A DNA stretch of 64,000 bases, from NCBI GenBank assembly GCA_963810095.1, contig CAWEMM010000011.1:256001-320000 (forward strand), written 5' to 3'. A model generated the notes under the pieces. The model was given only the letters and a program-made list of their open reading frames with translations, made no database searches and had not been told where the DNA came from. Every line of letters begins with the position of its first letter. The stretch's first letter is position 1. A program made the position numbers and the translations under genes. This DNA is from an uncultured Chloroflexia bacterium. Its GTDB lineage: Bacteria > Chloroflexota > Anaerolineae > CG2-30-64-16. Shown here in pieces: positions 20,570 through 30,808 of the stretch.

Positions 20570-22359
20570 ATGTGCGGTATTTTCGGCATCGTGACAAACA
20601 AAGAACAGCCGCTCGGCGAACTCCTGACGGATGCCGGGCGGCGTCTTTCGTACCGGGGCTATGACTCGGTGGGCGCTGCGACGATCCACTCGGACGGCGC
20701 GATCGACCTGCGAAAGGACGTCGGCAAGGTCGACGCAGTGGCGGCCCGCCACCACTTCTCAGAGATGACCGGCACGCGCGGCATCGTGCAGCTCCGGTGG
20801 GCGACCTTCGGCAACCCCTCGCAGGCCAATTCCCAGCCTCACCTCGACTCAGACGGCGACCTGGTGGGTGCTCACAACGGCAACGTGGTCAACAACGTCG
20901 AACTGCGCCGCCAGTTTGTGGCCGAGGGTATGGTGGTTCGCTCGGAGAACGACGGCGAGTCGTGTGTGCACGCGGTCGAGCGCTACGTCGACCGCGGGCT
21001 GGAGATGGTCGAGGCGATCCGGTGCGCATACTCCGACCTGCACGGCGACTACGCCTTTGTGATCGGCCACGTGAGCGAGGATTGCCTGCACGCGCTCAAG
21101 AAGGGCTCCGGGCTCGTCGTCGGCCTGGGCGATGGGTTCACCGTCGTTTCTTCAGACATGCCCTCGGTTCTGCCTCTGACCCGGAAGATTCTCCGTGTGC
21201 GCGACGGCGAGATCGTGACGTTCCGGGCCGACGCGCGGCAATTCACCGGGTCTCGGACGGCGCGCTGGTCGAGCGCGAGGCTGAGACGGTGACTGAGACC
21301 ATGGAGGCCGCGGCCAAGGGCGGCTATCCCCACTTCATGCTCAAGGAAATTTACGAGCAGCCAAAGCTGGCCGGCGACCTGCTCCACTTGCTCGACGAGA
21401 AGGCCGACGTGGGCGAGATCGCGCAGGCCCTCACGGCCGCTCGCCATCTCTACTTTGTCGGCTGCGGCACCAGCTACCACGCGTGCATGTTGGGCGCGCT
21501 CTACGTGGCCCGGCTGGCGGGCCGGCCCGCGATCCCGATCCTCGCGCCGCAGTTCATCGCCCAGTACGGCCCTACCCTCGGGCCGGGCGACGTGGCCGTG
21601 TTCGTCAGCCAGAGTGGGGAAACCAAGGACGTGCTGCTGGCGCTGGAGGCGGCACAGGCTCGGGGGGCGACCGCTTTCGGCATGGTAAACGTCATCGGCT
21701 CCACCCTGATGATCCAGTCCGAGCGCCACATCCCGCTGGCCTGCGGGTATGAGATCAGCGTTCCGGCGACCAAGACCTTCCTCAATCAGTGCATCGCGTT
21801 CCTCTACACGGCCATGCGCATGGGCGGGCACGACACGAGCGCGCTGCACGCCCTGCCCGGGCTCATTCAGCAGACGCTCGAAGTCGTCGACGGGCCGGTC
21901 GCAGCCCTGTCGACCGCTCTGATTCCCCAGGATGACTTGTACTGCTTGGGTTACGGGCTCACCTACCCCATCGCGCTCGAGGGCGCACTCAAGTTCAAGG
22001 AAATCACCTACGCGGACTGCGAGGGCATCCTGTCGACAGAGTTCAAGCACGGGCCGCTGTCCGCGGTGCATGAGGGCTACCCCGTGCTGTTCGTCGCCGG
22101 CTCGGAGGACTCGGCCGTGTTGGTCAGCGGGATCAACGAGGTGACCTGCCGCGGCGGTCGGGCCATCGCGTTCGGCGAGGATGACAGCCGGCTGCACAAC
22201 AACGCGTCCAGCCTGATCGTCATCCCCCCGAGCGACGCGCACTTCAACCCAATCCTCGCGGTGCTGCCGCTGCAGTTGCTGTCCTACCGGGTCAGCGTCG
22301 GGCGCGGCTACGACCCGGACTTTCCGCGGAATCTCAGCAAGACGTTGACGGTGGATTAG
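20570..22359 (+). CDS. glmS: Glutamine--fructose-6-phosphate transaminase (frameshift near 21240)
   Basis: MCGIFG, YRGYDS, HNG, HFMLKEIYEQP, GCGTS, SQSGET, EGALKFKEI, KHGP and PRNLSKTLTVD. Confidence 0.93.
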
Positions 22360-22361
22360 TT

Positions 22362-23603
22362 GTGACTGAGCAGAACCCGAAACTGAGGCCGCTGGATATC
22401 AAGCCCTACCAGCAGGACGGGCAAAACATGCTCCTGCTGCGCGACCCGCTGGAGCTGTCCGACCACATGCTGGGGCTGCCCCAGCCGCTGGCGCCGCTCC
22501 TGGCCCTGTGCGACGGGACCCGCGATCTCGTCGGCATCCACACCGCGCTGACGGTGCGGTGGGGCGTGCGGGTTAAGGCGAGCATGTTGAACGAAGTGAT
22601 CGACATGCTCGACGAGGCGTGCCTGCTCGACAACGCGCGCTCGCAGGCAGCAATGCGGGTCGCGCTCGAAGCGTACCGGGCGCTCCCTCAGCGGGTCCCT
22701 GCGCTGGCCGGCGGCGCCTACCCGGCCGATGCCGGGGCGCTCGGGCCCTTCCTCGACGCGTTCGACACGAGCGGCGTGTCAAAAGGCTGGGCGCCGCGGG
22801 CTCCCGGCCCGGTTCGGGGCGTGGTCAGCCCCCACATCGACTACGCCCGCGGCGGCCCGGTCTATAAGGCCGTATGGGGCGCGGCGCAGGACGCGGCCCG
22901 CGATGCGGACCTGGCAATCATCTTTGGCACCGACCACAGCGGGGGGCTCGGCAAGGTCACCCCCACCAGGCAGAGCTATGCCACCCCCTACGGGGTGCTG
23001 CCGACCGCCCGCGCGATCGTCGACCGGCTGGCCGAGGCGCTCGGCGCAGACCCCTCGCTCGGCGAGGGCGACGCGTTTGCCGAAGAGCTGCACCACCGCA
23101 GCGAGCACTCGATCGAGCTAGCGAGCGTGTGGCTGCACCACGTGCGCGGCGGCCGGCCGGTGGAGGTTGTGCCCATCCTGTGCGGCTCCTTCGCGGACTT
23201 CGTGGCCGGCCAGGCCGACCCGGCGACTGACGAACGATTTGCGAAGGTCGTGGCGGTGCTGCGAGATGCGATGCGGGGGCGAAACGCGCTGGTCGTCGCC
23301 GCGGCCGACCTCGCGGACGTCGGCCCTGCGTTTGACGGCGACCCTGTCCGAGCCGAGGGACAGGCGAAGTTGCGCCGGGCGGACGACGCGATTCTGGCAG
23401 CGATGGCGGCGGGCAGCGCGGCGCGGTTCTTCTCCGAGCTGCGGGCAGTCGAAGACGCCAACAACGTCTGCGGGCTGCCGCCGATCTACCTGGCGCTCCG
23501 TCTTCTGGGCGAAACGGCCGGCGAGACGGTCGCGTACGACCAGTGCCCGGCCGACGAAGAAAACACCTCGTGGGTGTCGGTGGCGGGCATGCTCTGGCGG
23601 TAG
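22362..23603 (+). CDS. AmmeMemoRadiSam system protein B (MEMO1 family) with N-terminal extension
   Basis: SPHIDY, GTDH, HRSEHSIE, VPILCGS and NVCGLPP motifs. Confidence 0.88.
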   Translation: MTEQNPKLRPLDIKPYQQDGQNMLLLRDPLELSDHMLGLPQPLAPLLALCDGTRDLVGIHTALTVRWGVRVKASMLNEVIDMLDEACLLDNARSQAAMRVALEAYRALPQRVPALAGGAYPADAGALGPFLDAFDTSGVSKGWAPRAPGPVRGVVSPHIDYARGGPVYKAVWGAAQDAARDADLAIIFGTDHSGGLGKVTPTRQSYATPYGVLPTARAIVDRLAEALGADPSLGEGDAFAEELHHRSEHSIELASVWLHHVRGGRPVEVVPILCGSFADFVAGQADPATDERFAKVVAVLRDAMRGRNALVVAAADLADVGPAFDGDPVRAEGQAKLRRADDAILAAMAAGSAARFFSELRAVEDANNVCGLPPIYLALRLLGETAGETVAYDQCPADEENTSWVSVAGMLWR

Positions 23604-23737
23604 GCCGGGGGACGAGGCATTCGGACAGCGAGCGCCTACCGGGCGTAGACGTTCATGGCTGGGTCGGCGATCAGAACGCTTCGTCCACCCGCTACGTCGA
23701 CGACGTGCGCATCACGCCGGCACGCTGATCCGCCATT

Positions 23738-23801
23738 TAGGGGCGAGGCATTCAGACGGCGAGCGCCGAGGGCGCTCGCCGTCTGAATGCCTCGCCCTTA
23801 C
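23738..23801. repeat. GTAG-type REP-like long palindrome
   Basis: TAGGGGCGAGGCATTCAGACGGCGAGCGCC-gag-GGCGCTCGCCGTCTGAATGCCTCGCCCTTA; arms resemble 7751-7787. Confidence 0.8.
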
Positions 23802-23821
23802 GCGCCCTCGGCCGCGCCGCC

Positions 23822-26145
23822 CTACCGGACCGTGATCTCGCCCAGTACCACCGCGTCCCCGCCTGTGCTGGCCGGCAGCCGCACCCCGTCCAGCAGCCCG
23901 TACATCCCCACTTCCACCCGGTACGTACCGGCCGGCGCTTTCGGATCGACCTTGATGCGGTAGCGGTCCACGACGACCTCGCGCGGCGCCCAGCGGGTCG
24001 TGGGGAGCTGGTCGGTCTGCGGCTCGTTGTCCTGCTGGCCCCACAGGAAGTTGCCCCCGTCCGCATTCCAGGTCTCTCCGACCAGGTGGGTAAACACCTT
24101 ATAGCGCTCGGTCAGGACCGCATCCGTCTGCCAGTAGAGCGTCAGGTCGACGTAGTCGCCGGGACGGACGGGATCGGTGGCAAGGTCGTAGCCAAGCAGA
24201 TGCACGTACCCGCCGAAGCGAACTTCCAGCGGGTGTTGTGGGTTGGCGACGGCCGCCCGAGCCGGACCTGCGGCCACGAGTTCGATCGTGCCAAGTTGGG
24301 CCACCTCGCGCCCCTGGTCGCGGAGAACGACATGGTACACGCCGGGCCTCAGGTCAGGCGTGAGCGGCAGGCGGCCGACGACCCGCTGGGTGCCGCTCGT
24401 CACGGTCGGAGGCGGAGGAAGAAGCTCCTGCGGGGCGGTCACCTCCCGCAGTCCCAGTTCCAACAGCGCCCGTCGGTGGGTTCAGCCAGTACACTGTCGC
24501 GTAGAGCGGTATCGCCGATGCGGTAGCGGCGCAGGGGCAGCCGGGGCGCGGCCAGCCGCTGGCCCTCAACTTCCGCCACCGTGCTGAAGGCGGGCAGGGG
24601 CGCCGGCAACGTCCCACATCTCCCCCGCTCGGCCGGCCGTACGCGCGTACAAGCGTCAGCCGGTTCTCGCCAAAATCCCAGTCGGTGCGGGCCGCTGCGT
24701 GCGATTCGAGCCACCCGTGCACCAGGCCCTGCCTGTCGGCCTCCTGCGCCTTGGGCGTCGTGACCACCCACAGCCCCTCGGCCCGCTCCCACACCGGCGC
24801 CAGCAACCCCCCGACGCTCTCGGGCGAGAAGTCCATCCCCGCGGGCGCCTTCTCCCACGGTCCGGGGAATCGCGCCGCGAACAGCGGCCAGTCCTGGTCC
24901 GGATAGAGCAACACCTTGTCGCCGGGCCGTTCGTGCGCCCGGAGCGTATCGACCAGCGACACGTACTGGTCACTTGCAACCCGGCCGGGCAGCACAACCA
25001 CGAGCGCGGCCACGGCGACTGCAGCGACGATGCCGGCGCCGGCGAGCGACAGGGCGCGTCCCACGCGGGGCGGCCCGAGGCGGCCCAACCCGGCGACGCC
25101 CCACCCGAGCAATGCGTAGAAGGTCCCTGCGAGCGGCAGGAAGTAGCGCGGGGCCAGCCGCGGCACGTAAAACGTGCGGCCCGGCAGTGCCGTCAGCGCG
25201 TAGACCATCAGCGCCGGCAGCGCGACGCCGAGCAGCAGCATAACCAGTCCGGCCGTCTGCAAGCGCGTCCGCCGCTTAAGGCTGAGTGTCACGACGCCCG
25301 CAGCAAAAACTGCGAGTACCAGCAGCGCCGGCGCCAGCCACGGCTCGATGTTTTCCGCAATCCCGGTCGTCAGCACGGTCGTGTAGAGCCGGGCGAAGAA
25401 CGCGGGCGAGTATGGTTCGGTCGACGACCAACTCATCATCCGCGGCAACGCGTACGCCAGCCACGGCGCAAACAGCGCGAGGACCGCCACTTGTGCGAGC
25501 GCCCACCGCCCCAGAATGCGCCCGGCGTCGCTCGGCACAGGCGAGGAACACGAGAAACGCGAGGTTGGCGACGAGCGTCACGGTGACAAACAAATACAAC
25601 GTCCACAGGCCGGCCGCCGACGCAAGCACGTACAAGACGAACCAGGCCGCGCCCGGTTGACCATCTGCGTGGGCCTGCCACATCTTGAGCACGGCGTACA
25701 GCGCCAGCGGCGCCCACAGGCTCGCCCACACATACATCCGCAGTTCCTGCGACCAGGTCACCGCGAACGCCGAAAGCGCCAGAAACGCGGCAGCCAACAA
25801 CCCCGCTCGCCGTCCCCCGAGCGTCCGGGCCAGCAGGTACACGCCGGCAACCGCCGCGGTCCCCGCCAGCGCCGAGATGAACCGCATGGGCCATTCGCCG
25901 TCGCCCGTCAGCAGCCACCACCCGCGTTGTATAAGGAAGTACAGCGGGGGATGGACGTCATGCGCAGTCCAGTCAAGGATGCGCAGCACGGGCAGCCGGC
26001 TGGCCCACGCGCTGAGCCCTTCGTCCCACCAGACGTTGTGCTGGTCCAGGCCCCAGAGGCGCAGCGCGAGCGCCATGAGCAGAATCATGCCCAGGATGAG
26101 TCGGGTGGTATGGGTCGACCGGGGAAAGGGTGCTTGCGGGCTCAT
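23822..26145 (-). CDS. GT-C fold glycosyltransferase (family 39-like) with C-terminal extracellular domains (several frameshifts)
   Basis: WWDEGLS, DVHPPLYF and QELRMY; C-terminal LLGYDL..LTLYWQ..YKVFTHLV..VEVGMY domain. Confidence 0.85.
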
Positions 26146-26165
26146 GTCGCGAGATAGTATAGCCC

Positions 26166-26198
26166 AGAAACCAGGTTTCTTCGAGAAACCTGGTTTCT
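26166..26198. repeat. GAAACCNGGTTTC double palindrome (family copy 1)
   Basis: AGAAACCAGGTTTCT-tcg-AGAAACCTGGTTTCT. Confidence 0.75.
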
Positions 26199-26411
26199 TT
26201 CGGGCGCGTGTCGACGCACCTCGCTTGTCCCGGCCGCAGATCCGTCGCGGACTTCCAAAGCTGACGGTGGTATGCGCAGCGCTGACTGCCGGGCCCTCCC
26301 GGTTGCCCACGTCATCCAGATGGTCGCAGGCCTCCCAGTAAGGAGCGAAGTCATTGGCGGTCAAGGGGGCAGGGCCTGGCCCCGGCAAAACCATACAACC
26401 CAACTTTGCTT

Positions 26412-26440
26412 TTGCCACGGCTATGGCGCGGTGCTATAAT
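26412..26440 (+). promoter_or_regulatory. Strong sigma70-type promoter upstream of lepB and the BMC locus
   Basis: TTGCCA-N17-TATAAT with extended TG. Confidence 0.7.
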
Positions 26441-26473
26441 GACTCGAACAGTCATTGCAAGGAAAGACTACTC

Positions 26474-27153
26474 GTGTCTGAACTCGAACCGACAACAGAA
26501 ACACCGCCGGCCCCCGTCGTCGAGGAAGCCGCCCCCGCCTCCGCCGCTGCGTCGCTTGGCCGCGGCGCGTGGGAGATCGTCCAGATCCTGGTGCTCGCCC
26601 TGCTGATGGTCATGGTGATCCGCAACTTCATCCATAACTATCGAATTGACGGTATCAGCATGGAGCCGAATTTTCACGACCAGCAGTTCCTGATCGTCAA
26701 CCGCTTCGCCTATTGTCCGGGGATCCACGTGGAAATCCCCGTCGTCAACATCTCGCTCTTTGACAAGACGTGGTGTGCGCGGGTTCCCAACCGCGGCGAC
26801 GTCGTCATTTTCCGCTATCCGCGCGACCCTCTCGCGACTTCATCAAGCGAGTCATCGGGCTGCCGGGCGAGACGGTCGAGGTTATTGCAGGCCAGGTTTA
26901 CATTAACGGGGAGCTCATGCCCGAGCCGTTCGGCCCGAACCCGGGGAGCTACAACGCGCCTCCCATTACCGTAGGCCCGGAAGAGGTCTACGTGATGGGC
27001 GACAACCGTAACAACTCGAGCGACTCACACCTCTGGGGGCCCTTGCAACTGGACCACATCATCGGGAAAGCCCTGGTTTCGTACTGGCCTCCGAAGGATT
27101 GGGCCATCGTGCCCCACTACAACCTGACTGACCTAAGTGCGCAGCAGCAATAA
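26474..27153 (+). CDS. lepB: Signal peptidase I (frameshift near 26830)
   Basis: TM segment, GISMEP, RGDVVIF, DFIKRVIGLPGE and GDNRNNSSDS. Confidence 0.92.
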
Positions 27154-27170
27154 GTCCGAGCCTGCCACTT

Positions 27171-27989
27171 GTGCCAAAGGAGCGCTCCTTGGGGCCAACC
27201 GAAGCTGAAGTCCGCGAGATCGTTCGCCGTGTCCTGACGCGGTTGACGGCAGCCCCTGCCCCCACGAGCACGAGCCCTTCGCCCGCCGCGCCGCCATCGG
27301 GCAGCCCGACTCGGCCTGCCGTACGGCGCCTGGTGGACGAGGCGGCAGTGCGCGAACTCGCGCCCGGCTCGCGCTTGAGCATCCCCCGGGGCGCGCTGGT
27401 CACTCCGCTCGCCCGCCAGGTCGCAGAAGAACGCAACATCCTCCTTGAAGAGGCCGGCGCTGCGGCTGCCCCGGGAGCGCGGCAGGGCAAGCCCTCGGCA
27501 GAGGCCCGACCGGGCGCCCGCGGCGCGGCTGCGGCGCAACAGCGGGTCGCGATCGGCGCGGACCACGGCGGCTATCCGCTCAAGGAGACGCTCAAGGCGC
27601 ATTTGCAGTCGCTGGGGTACGAAGTCGTCGACTGTGGGACCAACTCTGCGGACGCCGTGGATTACCCCGACTTCGCCTACGCGGTGGCCCAGCTGGTCGC
27701 CAGCGGCCAGTGCGCCAACGGGATCGTCGTGGACGGTGCGGGCATCGGGTCGTGCATGACGGCCAACAAGGTGCCGGGCGTGCGTGCAGCGATGTGTTAC
27801 GATCATGCCACCGCGATGAACAGCCGCGAGCACAACCACGCCAACGTGCTCACGCTTGGCGCAGGGCTCATTGGCGCCAACCTGGCCAAACAAATCGTGC
27901 AGACATGGCTGGCAACCCCGTACGGTGGGGGCCGGCATGCGGCGCGCGTCGCGAAGATTACGGCTATCGAGAAACGATTTACGAAATGA
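27171..27989 (+). CDS. rpiB: Ribose-5-phosphate isomerase B with N-terminal encapsulation peptide and extra domain
   Basis: [32 protein letters not shown] and GGRH..RV; N-terminal [15 protein letters not shown] amphipathic helix. Confidence 0.92.
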   Translation: MPKERSLGPTEAEVREIVRRVLTRLTAAPAPTSTSPSPAAPPSGSPTRPAVRRLVDEAAVRELAPGSRLSIPRGALVTPLARQVAEERNILLEEAGAAAAPGARQGKPSAEARPGARGAAAAQQRVAIGADHGGYPLKETLKAHLQSLGYEVVDCGTNSADAVDYPDFAYAVAQLVASGQCANGIVVDGAGIGSCMTANKVPGVRAAMCYDHATAMNSREHNHANVLTLGAGLIGANLAKQIVQTWLATPYGGGRHAARVAKITAIEKRFTK

Positions 27990-28872
27990 CAGCACCTACC
28001 ACGGGCGCATTGAGCGCCTACTCACTCGACCAACTGGTCGAGATCATTACAAGAGAAGTATTGGCTGCCTATCCTGCAGGCGGCCAGCAGTGCGAAGTCT
28101 GCAAGTCGGGCAACTGCCAGGGTCAGTGCGTCGAGACGAACCCGGACGGCGCGCGGAAGTGGTCAGCGCGGGCGCAGATCGCCTGAGCACGAGCCTTGGG
28201 ATTCGCAACGTTTCGTCCGACATGGCACGCATGATCGACCACACGCTGCTCAAGCCAAACGGCACGGAAGAGCAGATACGCCAGCTGTGCGCCGAGGCTC
28301 GGGAGTTCAGCTTTGCGACCGTGTGCGTTAACCCGGCCTGGGTGCCCCTCTGCGCCGAGCTGCTGCGCGGCAGTCCGGTCAAGGTCTGCACGGTCATCGG
28401 CTTCCCACTCGGCGCCACCCTGCCCGAGGTGAAGGCATTCGAGGCGCAGCGCTGTGCGAACCTGGGCGCCACCGAGCTTGACATGGTCATTAACGTCGGC
28501 GCGCTGAAGTCGCGACTGTACGACCTGGTCGAGGATGACATCGCGGCCGTCGTCGGCGCCGCGCATGGGCTCGGCGCCAGCGTCAAGGTCATCATCGAAG
28601 CCGCGTACCTCACCGACGAAGAGAAGGTCGAGGCGTGTGTCCTCTCCAAGGCTGCCGGCGCCGATTATGTCAAAACTTCGACGGGCTTTGCGGCGACGGG
28701 CGCGACCGTGGAGGACGTGGCTCTCATGCGCCGGGTGGTCGGGCCAGAGATGGGTGTGAAGGCGGCGGGCGGCGTCAAAACGGCCGAGGATGCGAAGGCC
28801 ATGATCGCGGCCGGCGCTACCCGTATCGGCGCAAGCGCCAGCGTGAAAATCCTGAGCGAGCTCAAGAAGTAG
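27986..28872 (+). CDS. deoC: Deoxyribose-phosphate aldolase with N-terminal encapsulation peptide and Cys-rich segment (frameshift near 28155)
   Basis: [34 protein letters not shown] and GATRIG; N-terminal [16 protein letters not shown]; ATGA overlap with rpiB. Confidence 0.92.
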
Positions 28873-28884
28873 GGGCGGCGCCAG

Positions 28885-28915
28885 GAAACCCGGTTTCTGG
28901 CCGAAGTCGGGTTTC
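28885..28915. repeat. GAAACCNGGTTTC-family palindrome (copy 2)
   Basis: GAAACCCGGTTTCTGGCCGAAGTCGGGTTTC. Confidence 0.6.
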
Positions 28916-28935
28916 ACCCGCACGTGGAGTGGGCG

Positions 28936-29187
28936 ATGTCGCAGCGTGAGTTCATGATCGTGTTGGCCCACACGGGCAATTGCGGTATGTGCCGCGCCCG
29001 GTTGCTCGGCGATCCGCCGGCGGTCTTCAACGGCCGCTCGCTCACCGAGGGCGAGCGAGAGATCCTATCGGGGCTCAAATTCGAGGATTTCCTGACCCCC
29101 GAAAGCCTGTCACGGGCGGCGCATGTGGTGCGCGAGGAACTGGAGCGTTTTTACAGCGAGCCGGTCGTCCGGCTGCGACATCTGTAG
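28936..29187 (+). CDS. Small hypothetical protein with HxxxCxxC motif
   Basis: [27 protein letters not shown]...LTEGEREIL; GGAG SD-like sequence; operonic position. Confidence 0.7.
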   Translation: MSQREFMIVLAHTGNCGMCRARLLGDPPAVFNGRSLTEGEREILSGLKFEDFLTPESLSRAAHVVREELERFYSEPVVRLRHL

Positions 29188-29193
29188 TCGATC

Positions 29194-29226
29194 AGGAACC
29201 GGGTTTCTGGCAGAATTCCGGCTTCT
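29194..29226. repeat. GAAACCNGGTTTC-family palindrome (copy 3)
   Basis: AGGAACCGGGTTTCTGGCAGAATTCCGGCTTCT. Confidence 0.55.
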
Positions 29227-29239
29227 TAAGGAGCAACGA

Positions 29240-29878
29240 ATGGCCGTCGATCTTCGTTCTTACGTCTTCCTCGATAGCCTGCAACCGCAGCACGCGGCAT
29301 TCCTTGGCACGGTGGCCAAGGGCTTTTTGCCGCTGCCCGGCGATGCGTCGCTGTGGATCGAGATTTCCCCCGGCATCGAGATCAACCGGATCACGGACGT
29401 GGCGCTGAAGGCCACGGGCGTGCGGCCCGGGATGCAGATCGTCGAGCGGCTCTACGGCCTGCTCGAGGTTCACTCGGAAAGCCAGGCCGAAGTGCGCGCG
29501 GCCGGCGCGGCGATCCTGGCCGCACTGGGCGCCCGTGAAGAGGACCGCCGCAAGCCGAAGGTCGTCTCGAGCCAGATTATCCGGGCGGTCGACGCGCACC
29601 AGGTGCAACTGATCAACCGGATGCGCCACGGGCACATGCTGCTGGCGGGCGAGACGCTGTACGTGCTCGAGGTCGAGCCAGCCGGGTATGCCGCCTTGGC
29701 AGCCAACGAGGCCGAGAAGGCCGCACACATCAACATCCTGGAAGTGATTGCGTTCGGTTCGTTCGGCCGGGTTTTCCTGGGCGGGGAAGAACGCGATATC
29801 ATGGCCGGCTATGGCGCAGCGCTCGCAGCGATCGAGGCTGTTGGCGGCCGGGTCGAGGCTCAGGGCAAGCGGGAGTAA
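29240..29878 (+). CDS. BMC-T shell protein, double-stacking CcmP/CsoS1D-like type
   Basis: [42 protein letters not shown] and FGSFGR; TAAGGAG SD. Confidence 0.88.
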   Translation: MAVDLRSYVFLDSLQPQHAAFLGTVAKGFLPLPGDASLWIEISPGIEINRITDVALKATGVRPGMQIVERLYGLLEVHSESQAEVRAAGAAILAALGAREEDRRKPKVVSSQIIRAVDAHQVQLINRMRHGHMLLAGETLYVLEVEPAGYAALAANEAEKAAHINILEVIAFGSFGRVFLGGEERDIMAGYGAALAAIEAVGGRVEAQGKRE

Positions 29879-29882
29879 TCTC

Positions 29883-29950
29883 AACACAAAGACACAAAGC
29901 CACAAAGCCTTGAGAGGTGTGGTGTGGTTGTGTCTTTGTGCCTTTGTGTT
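29883..29950. repeat. ACACRAAG-unit palindrome (family copy 3)
   Basis: AACACAAAGACACAAAGCCACAAAG...GTTGTGTCTTTGTGCCTTTGTGTT. Confidence 0.75.
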
Positions 29951-29971
29951 ATCGTACCTTTTGGAGGCAAC

Positions 29972-30262
29972 ATGGCAGAAGCATTGGGCATGATCGAGAC
30001 CAAGGGTTTCGCGGCGATGGTCGAAGCATCAGACGCGATGGTGAAGGCCGCCAAGGTCGAACTGATCGGCTACGAGAAGATTGGCGGCGGGTATGTGACC
30101 GCGATCGTGCGCGGCGACGTCGCCGCGGTCAAAGCAGCGCTCGAAGCGGGCGCGCGCGGCGCGGAGAAGGTGGGGGAGGTCGTCTCCGTCCACGTCATCC
30201 CGCGGCCCCACGAGAACGTCGACCGGGCCCTGCCGCTCGGGCGCCAGCAGTCGAAGGAATAA
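29972..30262 (+). CDS. BMC-H hexameric shell protein (EutM/PduA-like)
   Basis: [39 protein letters not shown]; GGAGG SD. Confidence 0.95.
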   Translation: MAEALGMIETKGFAAMVEASDAMVKAAKVELIGYEKIGGGYVTAIVRGDVAAVKAALEAGARGAEKVGEVVSVHVIPRPHENVDRALPLGRQQSKE

Positions 30263-30265
30263 CCT

Positions 30266-30808
30266 ATGCAGAATCTGTGGCGTGAGCTGCGGCCCGGGCC
30301 TAAGACGCCGGACACGATCTATGCCATCGTCGAAATCCCGAAGGGATCGCGCAACAAGTACGAATACAACAAAGAAAACGGCGTGATCGTGCTTGACCGC
30401 GTCCTGTTCTCGTCCCTGCATTACCCGGGCGATTATGGCCTCATCCCGCGCACCTTCTTCGACGACGGCGATCCGCTGGACATCCTCCTGATGACGAACG
30501 AGCCGACTTTCCCCGGGTGCATCATCCAGGCCCGGCCCATCGGCATCTTCCGTATGCTGGACCGCGGGGTCAGTGACGACAAGGTCCTGGCGGTGCCGGC
30601 GACCGACCCGCTCTTCGCCGAGTACCATGACCTGGCCGACGTGCCCCCGCACTTCCTCCACGAGGTCGCGCACTTCTTCGAGGTCTACAAGGATCTCGAA
30701 GGCGCGCGCACGAAGCCCGTGGGCTGGGAAGATGCGGCGGCGGCGAAGAAAGAGATCATGCGCTCCATCAAGATGTTCGACGATCGCTTTGGGTTGCCGG
30801 GCCTCTAA
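30266..30808 (+). CDS. ppa: Soluble inorganic pyrophosphatase (family I)
   Basis: EIPKGSRNKYE, YPGDYG, DGDPLD, DDKVL and FFEVYKDLE. Confidence 0.95.
   Translation: MQNLWRELRPGPKTPDTIYAIVEIPKGSRNKYEYNKENGVIVLDRVLFSSLHYPGDYGLIPRTFFDDGDPLDILLMTNEPTFPGCIIQARPIGIFRMLDRGVSDDKVLAVPATDPLFAEYHDLADVPPHFLHEVAHFFEVYKDLEGARTKPVGWEDAAAAKKEIMRSIKMFDDRFGLPGL

Noticed and set aside
23300-23330. MEMO1-family DLAHVG motif reads DLADVG, suggesting lost metal binding
   Set aside because: A single-base difference in an error-prone assembly; it cannot be trusted without reads
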